Source of the DNA: Prevotella sp. | GTDB taxonomy: Bacteria; Bacteroidota; Bacteroidia; Bacteroidales; Bacteroidaceae | NCBI GenBank assembly: GCA_017455495.1 | Contig: JAFTAR010000198.1 | Coordinates: forward strand, 9,536-73,535 | Length of the DNA: 64,000 nucleotides | Direction: 5' to 3' | Shown: positions 17,264 through 26,613 of the stretch, one piece after another | How the letters are laid out: each line of letters starts with the position of its first letter | Numbering within the stretch: position 1 is the stretch's first letter | The notes under the pieces: model-generated | The model's database searches: none | Told to the model about the DNA's origin: nothing | Seen by the model: the letters and a program-made list of their open reading frames with translations, nothing else | Position numbers and translations under genes: made by a program

Positions 17264-19162
17264 TTACAGCAGGTAGCCGTGTTTCTTTAGCAGGTTCTCA
17301 AATTTTCGCAGGTCTTCGTACTTCACCAACAGACGGTAGCCTTCAGCACGTATTACCATCTGCCGTATTTCCGGGTTGGTGGTAATGAGCTGAATCAGGT
17401 CGCTGTTGTTTTTGTCTATTTTGTAGTGTCGGTAGTTGTTGAGGTCATCGCTTAGCGGGTGGCAGTGTTGCAGCAGCTGCTGGAAGAACTGCTCCCAGAG
17501 CGGTGGCAACTTGTCGGCAATGAACTCGCGGAAAATGCTGATTTTTGACTCCACGTCGCTACGGCTGTGGCAGTTGGCCAGGAACGATTGTGCTGATGTC
17601 TCAAAGCGGTTGCGCGAGATGGGCTGACTCGTGTCTTTCAGCAGCTGGGCGTAGGGATTGGGATTGACCAGCGAACGGATTATGAGGCGGTCGGGGTCAA
17701 GCTCAAAGTAGGCCTCGTGCTGCTGCTTGGGGGCTTCGTATTCGTCGGTAATGCCAAGGGCGTAGCGGCCTAATGGAGTGAGCCTCATGTATTCCACGTT
17801 TTCAAAGGGCAGCGAGCGGCAGGGGTTGTCTTCGTTGAAGGCTATCTCTGCCATGCCTAAGCTGGCTAAGAGCAGGGCGCACATCTGCAATCCGCCATAG
17901 CCGAACTCCATTACGTAGGAACTGGCAGCGATTTTGGCATTAGAATACTCGTTTCTGAGGTCTGTGGAATAGTCTTCATTGCTTGGGTTATATACTAACG
18001 GAATGTAGCGCGATTTATTCGGGTCGTTGCTTATGGCATAGATGCGCCCAATGACATCGCGCAGGCAAACCCATCCTTCAGGCACTTCGTGGAGCCAGTT
18101 TATGAGCATTTGGCAGAGCTTTGCCTCATAGCCGTATTCGGTAATTTGGCGATTTAGGCCCTTTATGTGCGGATAGAGTATGCCAGTAAGGTAGTAGCTT
18201 ATGGTTTTAAACGACGAGAAAAGGTTTAGCAGAGTGTCTTCGTAGGAACGTTTTGCACCTTTGGAAATATATGTCTCATGAAGGGTGAGAAGTTGCAGGT
18301 AGCTGTAGGCCCTCACGTTCTGCCGGTACTCGTTGCCGTCGCCTGGGTACAGCTCGGCAAGGGCCATCTTTTTCTGGGCCCGCTTCATTTCGGTAATGCC
18401 AACGCCTTTTTTCTTTACCGGCAGCTCGTTCTGTGCCATGAGGCTGAGAAAGAGCTGGAAGTGGGAATGGCTGTCTGCTTCAAGTTCCACGAAGCGCCAA
18501 TGGCCGTCGGGCAGCTGAGTTACTGGTTCAGCCTGCTGGAATGCCTCCGGGCAGATGTAAGGCAGAAAGATGGCATGAATGGTGTTTTTAATGGAGATGT
18601 AAGTCTCGTATTCGCGATAGTAGGAGTATCTGCTGTTTAAAGAAAAACACCTGGACATGGTGAACCACTTCAGTTCCGGGCGTGCCCAGACAATACTATT
18701 GCGGTAGTAGGATATGCGCTCCTCGGTGAAGATTTCTCTGTTGTCCTGAAGTATTTTCTTGGCGGTTTCCTGGCTTACGAAGATATTGAGCAGCACTGTG
18801 TGCCACAGCTGGAGCATTTGCTCGGTAAGCGAGGAAAGATATTCTATTTTATTGTTGTGGTCGGCTAACACAAGGGCAACAGCCCTGGCTATTTCTGCCT
18901 TGGAGGAGCTGCTCTTTGTCATTACGTTCACCTCGGTAGCCATAACAGGGTTACCGTCGGCCGGTGCACGCATCACTTCGAAATTAGAAAGCCAGGCATA
19001 CAGAGCCTCAGCATACCTGAGCAGCTCTTCCTTTGTGCAGTGGCTGTTGAGGAAATCCTCGGTTTCTTGCCACAGCTGTGGGTCGGGCTGATGCAGGATG
19101 AGAGTAGGCAGCTTTACTGGTTCGGGTGGTGTATATCCGAAGAGGTCTTTTTGTCGTTTCAT
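17264..19162 (-). CDS. hypothetical protein, C-terminus resembling XPB/Ssl2 N-terminal-like (Helicase_C_3) domain
   Basis: 632-aa ORF with RLTPLGRYALG followed by a ...LPPLW..F segment. ATGA overlap with the SNF2 gene. The domain call is tentative. Confidence 0.6.
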   Translation of the reverse strand: MKRQKDLFGYTPPEPVKLPTLILHQPDPQLWQETEDFLNSHCTKEELLRYAEALYAWLSNFEVMRAPADGNPVMATEVNVMTKSSSSKAEIARAVALVLADHNNKIEYLSSLTEQMLQLWHTVLLNIFVSQETAKKILQDNREIFTEERISYYRNSIVWARPELKWFTMSRCFSLNSRYSYYREYETYISIKNTIHAIFLPYICPEAFQQAEPVTQLPDGHWRFVELEADSHSHFQLFLSLMAQNELPVKKKGVGITEMKRAQKKMALAELYPGDGNEYRQNVRAYSYLQLLTLHETYISKGAKRSYEDTLLNLFSSFKTISYYLTGILYPHIKGLNRQITEYGYEAKLCQMLINWLHEVPEGWVCLRDVIGRIYAISNDPNKSRYIPLVYNPSNEDYSTDLRNEYSNAKIAASSYVMEFGYGGLQMCALLLASLGMAEIAFNEDNPCRSLPFENVEYMRLTPLGRYALGITDEYEAPKQQHEAYFELDPDRLIIRSLVNPNPYAQLLKDTSQPISRNRFETSAQSFLANCHSRSDVESKISIFREFIADKLPPLWEQFFQQLLQHCHPLSDDLNNYRHYKIDKNNSDLIQLITTNPEIRQMVIRAEGYRLLVKYEDLRKFENLLKKHGYLL

Positions 19163-21951
19163 TGTCCGAAGATGTATTTTATGTCTTCCTCCGTGAGTCG
19201 TTTGGTCATGGCCTGGTCGCCGGTGATGAGGCTGTCGGCCAGGTCTTTCTTCTGCTGTTGCAGCAGGCGAATCTTCTCTTCAATGGTGTCGCGGGTTATG
19301 AGTGCATAGCTCATCACCTTTGCCTTCTGGCCTATGCGGTGCAGGCGGTTTATGGCCTGCTCTTCGGCAGCCTTGTTCCACCATGGTTCAAAGATGTATA
19401 CTGTGTCGGCCACGGTGAGGTTCAGGCCCACGCCGCCTGTCTTCAGAGTCATGAGCAAGGCCCGGCAGCCGCTGTCGTTCTGGAAGCGCTCTATCACGGC
19501 CCTTCGGTCGCGTGTGGAGCCGGTCATGGTGGCATAGTCTATGCCAAGCTCTGTGAGGCGCTCGCCCACAAGCTCTATGCCGGCTATGAAATTGAAGAAG
19601 ATGACCACCTTGTGGCCGCCTGTCACAGCCTCCTCCACCTGTTCGCAGAGAAGTGGAATCTTGGGCGAGGCGATGCTGCCGTCGCTGAGGCTCTCGGGCA
19701 CGGAGGCTATGCGTCGCAGCTCTGAGAGGGCCTGGAACATCATCATCTGCGACTTCTCCAAGCCGTTAGCCTTGATGCTGCTCTGAATAGCCTCCTGGTA
19801 GTAGCGACGGCGCTCCTCGTAGAATCGCTGGTGGTCCTGCTCCATCTCAACGTAGAGGGTCTGCTCCATGCGGTCGGGTAGCTCCTTGAGCACGTCTTTC
19901 TTCAGGCGGCGCAGCATGAACGGAAAAATCTTGCGGCGCAGGGCCTCGGTGGCCTCCTTGTCGGCCTGGTGCTGTATGGGGGTGGCATACTGGCGGTTGA
20001 AGTCGTCAATGGATCCCAGCATGGCGGGGTTTAGGAAGCGGTAGAGCGAGTAAAGCTCGGTGAGGTTGTTCTCAATGGGCGTGCCGCTCAGGGCCAGTCG
20101 GTGCTCGCCCTCAAGCAGCAGCACGGCCTGGGTGGTCTGCGAAGCCAGGTTCTTTATGTTCTGGCTCTCGTCAAGTATGATATAGTGGAAATGCTGCTGG
20201 CGGAACTGCTCAATGTCGTTGCGTACCAAGGCATAGGTGGTAAGTATGAGCTGATGCTTCATGGCCTCCTGAAGGTCGCGCTGTGAACCGTAGTAGGTGT
20301 AATAAGTAAGCTGCGGTGCAAACTTCTTAAGCTCGTCCTGCCAGTTGAACAGCAGTGAGCGGGGCATGATAATAAGAGACCCTTCCCCAAACCCTCTCTG
20401 TCTATATACCTTCGCCAGCATAGTGATGGTCTGCAGCGTCTTGCCTAAGCCCATGTCGTCGGCCAGACAGCCGCCGAAGTTATTCTCGTAGAGGTAGTTT
20501 ATCCACTTCACGCCCTCCTTCTGGTAGTTGCGCAGCTTGGCATTGACCTCCTTTGTGCTCAGCTTCTGCGAAGCCAGCTTGTTGAAGCCCTCGTAGAACT
20601 CGCGGTAGTGCTTGAAGGTTTTGCCTTCGAGTTTTTCTGCCAGCAGCTGCTCTATCTCGGGCAGGTCGAAGAACGACACCTTCACCTGGTCGCCTTTCTC
20701 CACCTTGCGGAAGATGCGCTCCAAGCGGTGCACATAGTGTTCGTCAACGAGTCCGCGCTGGCCGTCGCTCAGTGTAACATACTTCTGCTTGCTGTACTGC
20801 TGCAGGAACTTGCGTAGCGACATCTCCTCGTTGCCAAGGCTTATAGTGGCCGAGCCTTCAAGGAAGTCAATGCCTGATGACAGCTTCAGGTTGAGACTGG
20901 GCTTGATGGGCTTCACCTTGTATTCCTTCAACTGCTCTACGCCAAGCAGCTGATAGTGCTGTACCAGCTGTGGCAGGGCTTGCAGCAGGAAGGAGCCTGC
21001 CACATCCTGCGGAATGATGAACTCGCCGCCGTCGCTCCACACCTCCTTGGCCGCCGTCTTTGTAGGGGCAAAGCTCTTGATGGTCTTCAGCAGCTGCTCC
21101 TCGTCCTGAATGGAGTTGCTGAACACTATGCGGCGCAGCAGCACCTGGTGCTCCATGGTAAGCGTGGCTATGCAGGTCAGGTCGAAGCGGCTGGCAAAGT
21201 CGGCATCGGTGTCGGGCAGGGCCTGAATGAGCCGCAGGTAGAGAGCCATGTCGGCATCCACCTTCTCTATGATAATGGTGGGCACGGTCTCTATGGTCTG
21301 CTCGCTGCGGATTAGGGTGTAGTCCTCAAAGTCCAGCTCCACGTTGTCTATGAAGCTGTAGAACACCGACAGGTACTGTTCTAACATCTGGCGGGGAAAC
21401 GTCTCGCAGAAAAAGCCAATGCGCAGGTAGTTCTCGCCAAGCGAGGCAATGGGACATATAGTGTCGCCTACAAGCACAAAGACATCGCTCAGCGGCTGGA
21501 ACTCCATTGGCGGCTGTCCCTGGCAGCGGGCGCAGAGCGTTGGCGTGCACTGCTCGTTCTTTGTTGTTATCCGGAGCACCACAGTGGCTGGCTCTGACAG
21601 GACGCGCAGGGGCTTTAGGCTTTCATCTACCAGGTTGTCGCAGCGCAGCAGGGCGAAGAGCAGGTAGGGATAGTCGTGCAGACGTATGCTGTTGTCGTTG
21701 GTGGTGTCCCAACTGATGCGCATAGCGTTTTCCTTGCTTATGCTGTCAATCATGCGCAGCACGTTGAACGTCTCGCCCTGATACATCTTATAGTCGGGCT
21801 GAACGGGCTGGCCGGCTTCATCTACCACGCTGACGGTTGCTCCCTGGTAGAAGCTTATGCGGAACAGTATTCGCTTCTTCCCCACCCCACCCTTCTGGGC
21901 ACTGACAGAGCGGAACGCCGTCTTATGGAATTGGCTTAGGAAATCACTCAT
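19159..21951 (-). CDS. SNF2-family DEAD/DEAH ATPase
   Basis: LRNYQ, LADDMGLGKT, LDESQNIKN, LSGTPIENN, LRRLK, GGVGLNL and EPWWN..E.QA..R.HRIGQ motifs. Confidence 0.95.
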   Translation of the reverse strand: MSDFLSQFHKTAFRSVSAQKGGVGKKRILFRISFYQGATVSVVDEAGQPVQPDYKMYQGETFNVLRMIDSISKENAMRISWDTTNDNSIRLHDYPYLLFALLRCDNLVDESLKPLRVLSEPATVVLRITTKNEQCTPTLCARCQGQPPMEFQPLSDVFVLVGDTICPIASLGENYLRIGFFCETFPRQMLEQYLSVFYSFIDNVELDFEDYTLIRSEQTIETVPTIIIEKVDADMALYLRLIQALPDTDADFASRFDLTCIATLTMEHQVLLRRIVFSNSIQDEEQLLKTIKSFAPTKTAAKEVWSDGGEFIIPQDVAGSFLLQALPQLVQHYQLLGVEQLKEYKVKPIKPSLNLKLSSGIDFLEGSATISLGNEEMSLRKFLQQYSKQKYVTLSDGQRGLVDEHYVHRLERIFRKVEKGDQVKVSFFDLPEIEQLLAEKLEGKTFKHYREFYEGFNKLASQKLSTKEVNAKLRNYQKEGVKWINYLYENNFGGCLADDMGLGKTLQTITMLAKVYRQRGFGEGSLIIMPRSLLFNWQDELKKFAPQLTYYTYYGSQRDLQEAMKHQLILTTYALVRNDIEQFRQQHFHYIILDESQNIKNLASQTTQAVLLLEGEHRLALSGTPIENNLTELYSLYRFLNPAMLGSIDDFNRQYATPIQHQADKEATEALRRKIFPFMLRRLKKDVLKELPDRMEQTLYVEMEQDHQRFYEERRRYYQEAIQSSIKANGLEKSQMMMFQALSELRRIASVPESLSDGSIASPKIPLLCEQVEEAVTGGHKVVIFFNFIAGIELVGERLTELGIDYATMTGSTRDRRAVIERFQNDSGCRALLMTLKTGGVGLNLTVADTVYIFEPWWNKAAEEQAINRLHRIGQKAKVMSYALITRDTIEEKIRLLQQQKKDLADSLITGDQAMTKRLTEEDIKYIFGQ

Positions 21952-22091
21952 TTTCTTGATTCATTTTCGCTCTGCAAATTTAATCATTTTTCTGTAGACG
22001 GAAGAAAGAAACAAAGAAAAATATAATCCGAATCGCTTGGCGGTACGGATTTTTGTTTGTACCTTTGCAAACAAGACAAAAATAGACTGCC

Positions 22092-23090
22092 ATGATATCC
22101 ATTGCCAACCCTATTTACGACACAGTTTTCAAATATCTCATGGAGGATGAGCGCATCGCCCGTACAATTCTCTCAGCTCTGCTGAAGAAAGAGATTGTAA
22201 ATGTCGAGGTACGCCCACACGAATATACGAACGGGCAAAAGGAGGTGCTCTCCATCTTCCGTATAGACTTCGGAGCCACAGTAAGAAAGCCAGACGGCAG
22301 CGAGCAGCTCATACTTATTGAGCTGCAGAAGACGTGGCTTCCCACCGAAACGCTACGTTTCCGGCAGTATCTGGGAGTGCACTACCAGAACCCAAAGAAT
22401 ATTGTGGCCGACAGCCCCGACCGCCACGCGCTGCCCATGGTGGCTGTCTACCTGCTGGGGCATACCGTTGGCGACATTGAAGAGCCTGTTGTGTATGTGC
22501 GCCACCAAGCATACGACTATGACGGACGGCCTCTTACACAGGGCATACCCGACAAGTTCGTTGACAGTCTCAACCACGACAGCATCATTGTACAGATACC
22601 TCGTCTGCACGGAAAAATCAACAACCGCTTGGACAAAGTACTCAGCATTTTTGACCAGTCGTATGTTAGCCATGAAAACCAACACTACCTGAGCATTGAC
22701 GATAAGTCGTTATATACAACTGATACCGACATGCAGCCGATTATTCATCGCCTCTTGATGGCAGCATCGAACATTGAGATGCGTCAGAACATGAATGTGG
22801 AGGACGAGTACTATTCCATCATCAAGGAACAAGAAGGCAAGGTTTACGGACTTGAAAGGGACCTGGCAGAAAAGATAGGAGAGCTTGCCGAGAAGGAGGG
22901 ACAGCTCGCCGAGAAGGAGGGACAGCTCGCCGAGAAGGAGGGACAGCTCGCCGAGAAGGAGGGACAGCTCGCCGAGAAGGAGGGACAGCTACGAGAACTC
23001 GTAAAGATGCTGATACAGACAGGAAAATCGGCTGAAGACATTGCTGCAACCCTCCATTTAGATATTCAGTCAGTAAATGCATTATTATAA
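22092..23090 (+). CDS. Rpn-like / PD-(D/E)xK nuclease-family protein with coiled-coil repeat tail
   Basis: NPIYDTVFKYLM, RIDF and LIELQK motifs. C-terminal (AEKEGQL)5 and an HTH-like end. Promoter TACCTTTG at about 22060. Confidence 0.75.
   Translation: MISIANPIYDTVFKYLMEDERIARTILSALLKKEIVNVEVRPHEYTNGQKEVLSIFRIDFGATVRKPDGSEQLILIELQKTWLPTETLRFRQYLGVHYQNPKNIVADSPDRHALPMVAVYLLGHTVGDIEEPVVYVRHQAYDYDGRPLTQGIPDKFVDSLNHDSIIVQIPRLHGKINNRLDKVLSIFDQSYVSHENQHYLSIDDKSLYTTDTDMQPIIHRLLMAASNIEMRQNMNVEDEYYSIIKEQEGKVYGLERDLAEKIGELAEKEGQLAEKEGQLAEKEGQLAEKEGQLAEKEGQLRELVKMLIQTGKSAEDIAATLHLDIQSVNALL
22887..22991 (+). repeat. coding tandem repeat, 21 bp x5
   Basis: GCCGAGAAGGAGGGACAGCTC x5, encoding AEKEGQL. 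Confidence 0.95.
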
Positions 23091-23162
23091 CTGGTTTCTT
23101 TGGCCAGTAGAAGTGAACTCCTCTAACTGACTCAAAGCGATTCAACTGTATTTTTTTAATAT

Positions 23163-23594
23163 GAGGTTGTCAGGTTGACAAAACTGCGTGCTGCAAAGGG
23201 TTTGCAACCTGTTGGAGGTTGACAGAGGTTGTCAGAGGTTGACAGAGTTTTGTCCATAATGCTGAAGTTGAACTTGGCGTGTCTGAAGTTGTACTCTACG
23301 GCGCTGAAGTTGTACTCTACGATGCTGAAGTTGTACTCTACGACGCTGAAGTTGTACTCTACGAAAATAAAGCAGTGCTTTATGGTTGAATACTCTTGAG
23401 AATTTGAAGAAAAAGCATTGCCTTTTTTTAAAAAACCAGGTGGTTTTAAAAATTTATTGCACTTTCAGAGCGGAGACTCAATGACTTTGCTCTGACAACC
23501 TCTTTCAACCTCTGACAACATCTGTCAACCTCTGACAACCTCCAACAGGTTGCAAACGCCCTGCCCGTCGGTGTTTTGTCAACCTGACAACCTC
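23163..23594. mobile_element. MITE/REPIN-like element, family B, copy 1
   Basis: Long terminal inverted repeats (GAGGTTGTCAGGTTGACAAAAC / GTTTTGTCAACCTGACAACCTC) with GAGGTTGWCA 10-mers. Internal 21-bp x5 repeat at 23261-23365. Inverted homologue at 46718-46998. Confidence 0.7.
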
Positions 23595-23615
23595 TGGCGG
23601 TACTCCTTTGTTGCC

Positions 23616-23740
23616 GAAAAAGCAAAAAACATTTTGCTTTTTGCTCGCTTATTCGTACCTTTGAACTTCGTTCTTAGGTACTTCCGCTCGAAAAAGCAAA
23701 AAAACATTTTGCTTTTTGCTCGCTTATTCGTACCTTTGCA
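23616..23740 (+). promoter_or_regulatory. tandemly duplicated hairpin plus -7 promoter unit
   Basis: GAAAAAGCAAAAAACATTTTGCTTTTTGCTCGCTTATTCGTACCTTTG occurs twice, the second with one extra A. Confidence 0.75.
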
Positions 23741-23742
23741 TC

Positions 23743-26613
23743 ATGGAAACGATGGATAATGCTGAGAAGCCAGCGATTCTTGTCCTGCGGCCACAGCCGG
23801 CGTTTGAAATTGTTGGGGCCGAGCTGCGACGCGTACCCGAGCTGGGGCGCTACATGACGCTGCTGCCAAGGATGAGAAGCGAGCTTATGGCCGACGATGA
23901 ACCTTTGCGCCCGATAGTGACGCTGTGCGAGGAGTTGCTGCCTGGTAATCTCTATGTCCGCTATGCCAACAAGAAGGTTTACAAGCACGAGAGCGACTTC
24001 TGGGCTACCGACGACAAGACGGTGAGCGACTACGTGAAGCGGCAGGCCGATCATAGGCTGCATAAAATAGTGGTTATGGCTGCTGAAGCGGGTCTACCAG
24101 TGCTCTTTGCCCCTGCTGACGGCTCGCCCCTTCATATTGAGAATCACCTCGTAGTCAATAAAGAGAAAAGCGTAACGCCCGTGATGCTCTTTCAGCGTCG
24201 CGACGACGGCATCAGCTACCGCCTGCAGTTGCGCATTGACGGAGAGCTGATGGCGCTGGCCGGATGCGAGCTGACAGTACTCTCCTTCGATCCGGGCATT
24301 TTTATACTTAATAGCTGTATATATTTCCTCTCACCAGGTTTCAATGCCAAATTGCTGCTGCCTTTTACGAAGAAGGAGGTGGTGGAGATTCCAAAGCGCA
24401 TGGAGCATGACTACATGCATCGTTTTGTCATTCGCTATATGGCCAAGGCAGAAATCATAGCAGAAGGATTTGATGTAGAAGATGCGGTGCTCTACCCCAC
24501 TCCATTGCTCAATACTGACAATAGCTTGGATGGCAGAAAGCTGTTGAGGCTCAGCTTCAGATATGGCGACAATGAATACACGCCCGATAGCCGTCTGCGC
24601 GGACGAGTAATCCTTAGCGAGAAGAGCGATGGCAGCTTTAGGTTTGAGCGCCAGATGCGTGACAGCACTATGGAGGCACATTATATTGATATACTGTGCA
24701 AGACGGATGACCGGCTGACAACTGATGGCATTATACGCTTCGACACTCTGCGGCAGCTTGTAGAATGGCTCAAGAATAATGGCCCGCAGCTCAGACAGTA
24801 GGGCTTCAGCGTTGTGCAGCCCTCAGAAGAAGTGTATTACATAGGCCCCATGAGCGTAGAGCAGAGCGACGAGTGGCAGGGTGACTGGTTGCAGACACGC
24901 GTCACCGTGGTTCTTGACGGCGGTAGGCTGAGGATACCCTTCAGCTTTCTGCGCAATGCCATTCTGCAAGGCGAGCAGGAATACATGCTGCCAACAGGTG
25001 AGCGCCTGCTCATACCTGAAGAATGGATGCAGCGCTATGGCGATTTGCTGCTTGTGGGACAGAGCTGTAGCGACCACTTCAAGAGGCACCGCAGCCAGGT
25101 GGATGGCCTGAACAGTCTCACCACCGACCCCTCCGGACCCACCCCCGGCCCCTCCCTTGTAGGGAGGGGAGCAGATAGTTCTGCTGGCATGGCTTTTGGG
25201 TCTTTTACTTTGCGCCCCTACCAGCAGGCGGGCTTAGTATGGCTGTGGAACAATTTCATAAGTGGCACTGGTTGCTGCCTCTCAGATGAGATGGGGCTGG
25301 GCAAGACGATTCAGACCATTGCCCTGCTGCTGAATTACAAGAAGACGGCAAAGCAGGCACAGCACAAGCCACAGGCTGGATGCCTTTTCAGTGAGGAAGA
25401 GATGTGTGGCGAAGGGCGCATAGGCAGTAGCCAGGGCACTAAAGACTTCCTCACCTCGCTTGTCATTGCACCGGCATCGGTGGTCCACAACTGGATGGCA
25501 GAGCTGAAGCGCTTTGCACCCTCATTGACAGCAATGAGCTATACTGGCGACCCGGCTCTGCGCAGAAAGAAGCGGCAGGCCATGATGAGGTGGGACGTGG
25601 TAGTGACAACCTATGGCACGCTGCTCAGCGACATCACCTACCTACAGCAGCAGCAGTTTGGCGTTGTGGTGATGGACGAGAGCCAGACATTCAAAAACCA
25701 TCACTCGCAAATATTCCATGCCGTGTCTGAACTTAAGGCCCTCTGGCGACTGGCGCTCAGCGGCACGCCTGTTGAGAATCACCTCATGGAACTATGGAGC
25801 CTGATGAGCATACTGTGTCCCCAACTTCTTGGAGACGAGAAACATTTCCAGAATTCCTTTGTGCAGCCCATAGCCCGCCACTTCGAACAGCAAAGGGCCG
25901 AGCTGCTGCAGCGCATCATAAAGCCTTACTTTCTGAAGCGCACCAAGGAACAGGTGCTTAGCGATTTGCCACCGCGTCAGGATGAGGTGATTGTATGTCC
26001 TATGACCGAAGAGCAGCAGTCGCTCTATGCCACAGAGCTGTCGAAAGCCCGCAATGAGTGGCTTGACGGTAACACCCCAGAGAACCACAGGCGCATGTCT
26101 ATGTTTGCCGCCTTGCAGCGTCTCAGGCATATTGCCAACGGTGAAGGGAAGATGCAGGAGGTGTTTGAAAGGCTTGAGACGCTTAAGGAGACTGGTCACA
26201 AGGTTCTCATCTTCAGCGAATACGTCACCATGCTCAGCAGTGTGGGCAGCGAGATGAAGCGGCGAGGCTGGAGCTACGACCTGCTGACGGGGCAGACCAC
26301 CCGGCGAGAAGATGTCATCAGCCACTTCCAGCAGACGGCCAGCTGCCAGTTCTTCCTCATCTCGCTTAAGGCCGGCGGAGTGGGCCTGAACCTCACGGCT
26401 GCCGACTATGTTTTTGTGCTTGACCCCTGGTGGAACCTCGCAGCCGAGGAGCAGGCCATTGCCCGTGCTCATCGCATTGGCCAGCACCGTCCCGTCTTCG
26501 TCTACCGTTTTGTCAGCGAGAACACCCTTGAGCAGCAAATACTAACCCTGCAGGAGCGCAAGCAGGACATCATTGACAGCGTAATGCCGTTTGTCATTCG
26601 TCAAGGTCAATGA
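23743..26613 (+). pseudogene. SNF2-family ATPase interrupted by in-frame TAG at 24799-24801
   Basis: ORFs 23716-24801 and 24814-26613 are in the same frame (LRQ*GFSVVQP). Motifs LSDEMGLGKT, MDESQ, LSGTPVEN and DPWWN lie in the 3' part. Confidence 0.85.

Noticed and set aside
23261-23365. CRISPR array
   Set aside because: The 21-bp units abut with no unique spacers, and no cas genes are nearby.
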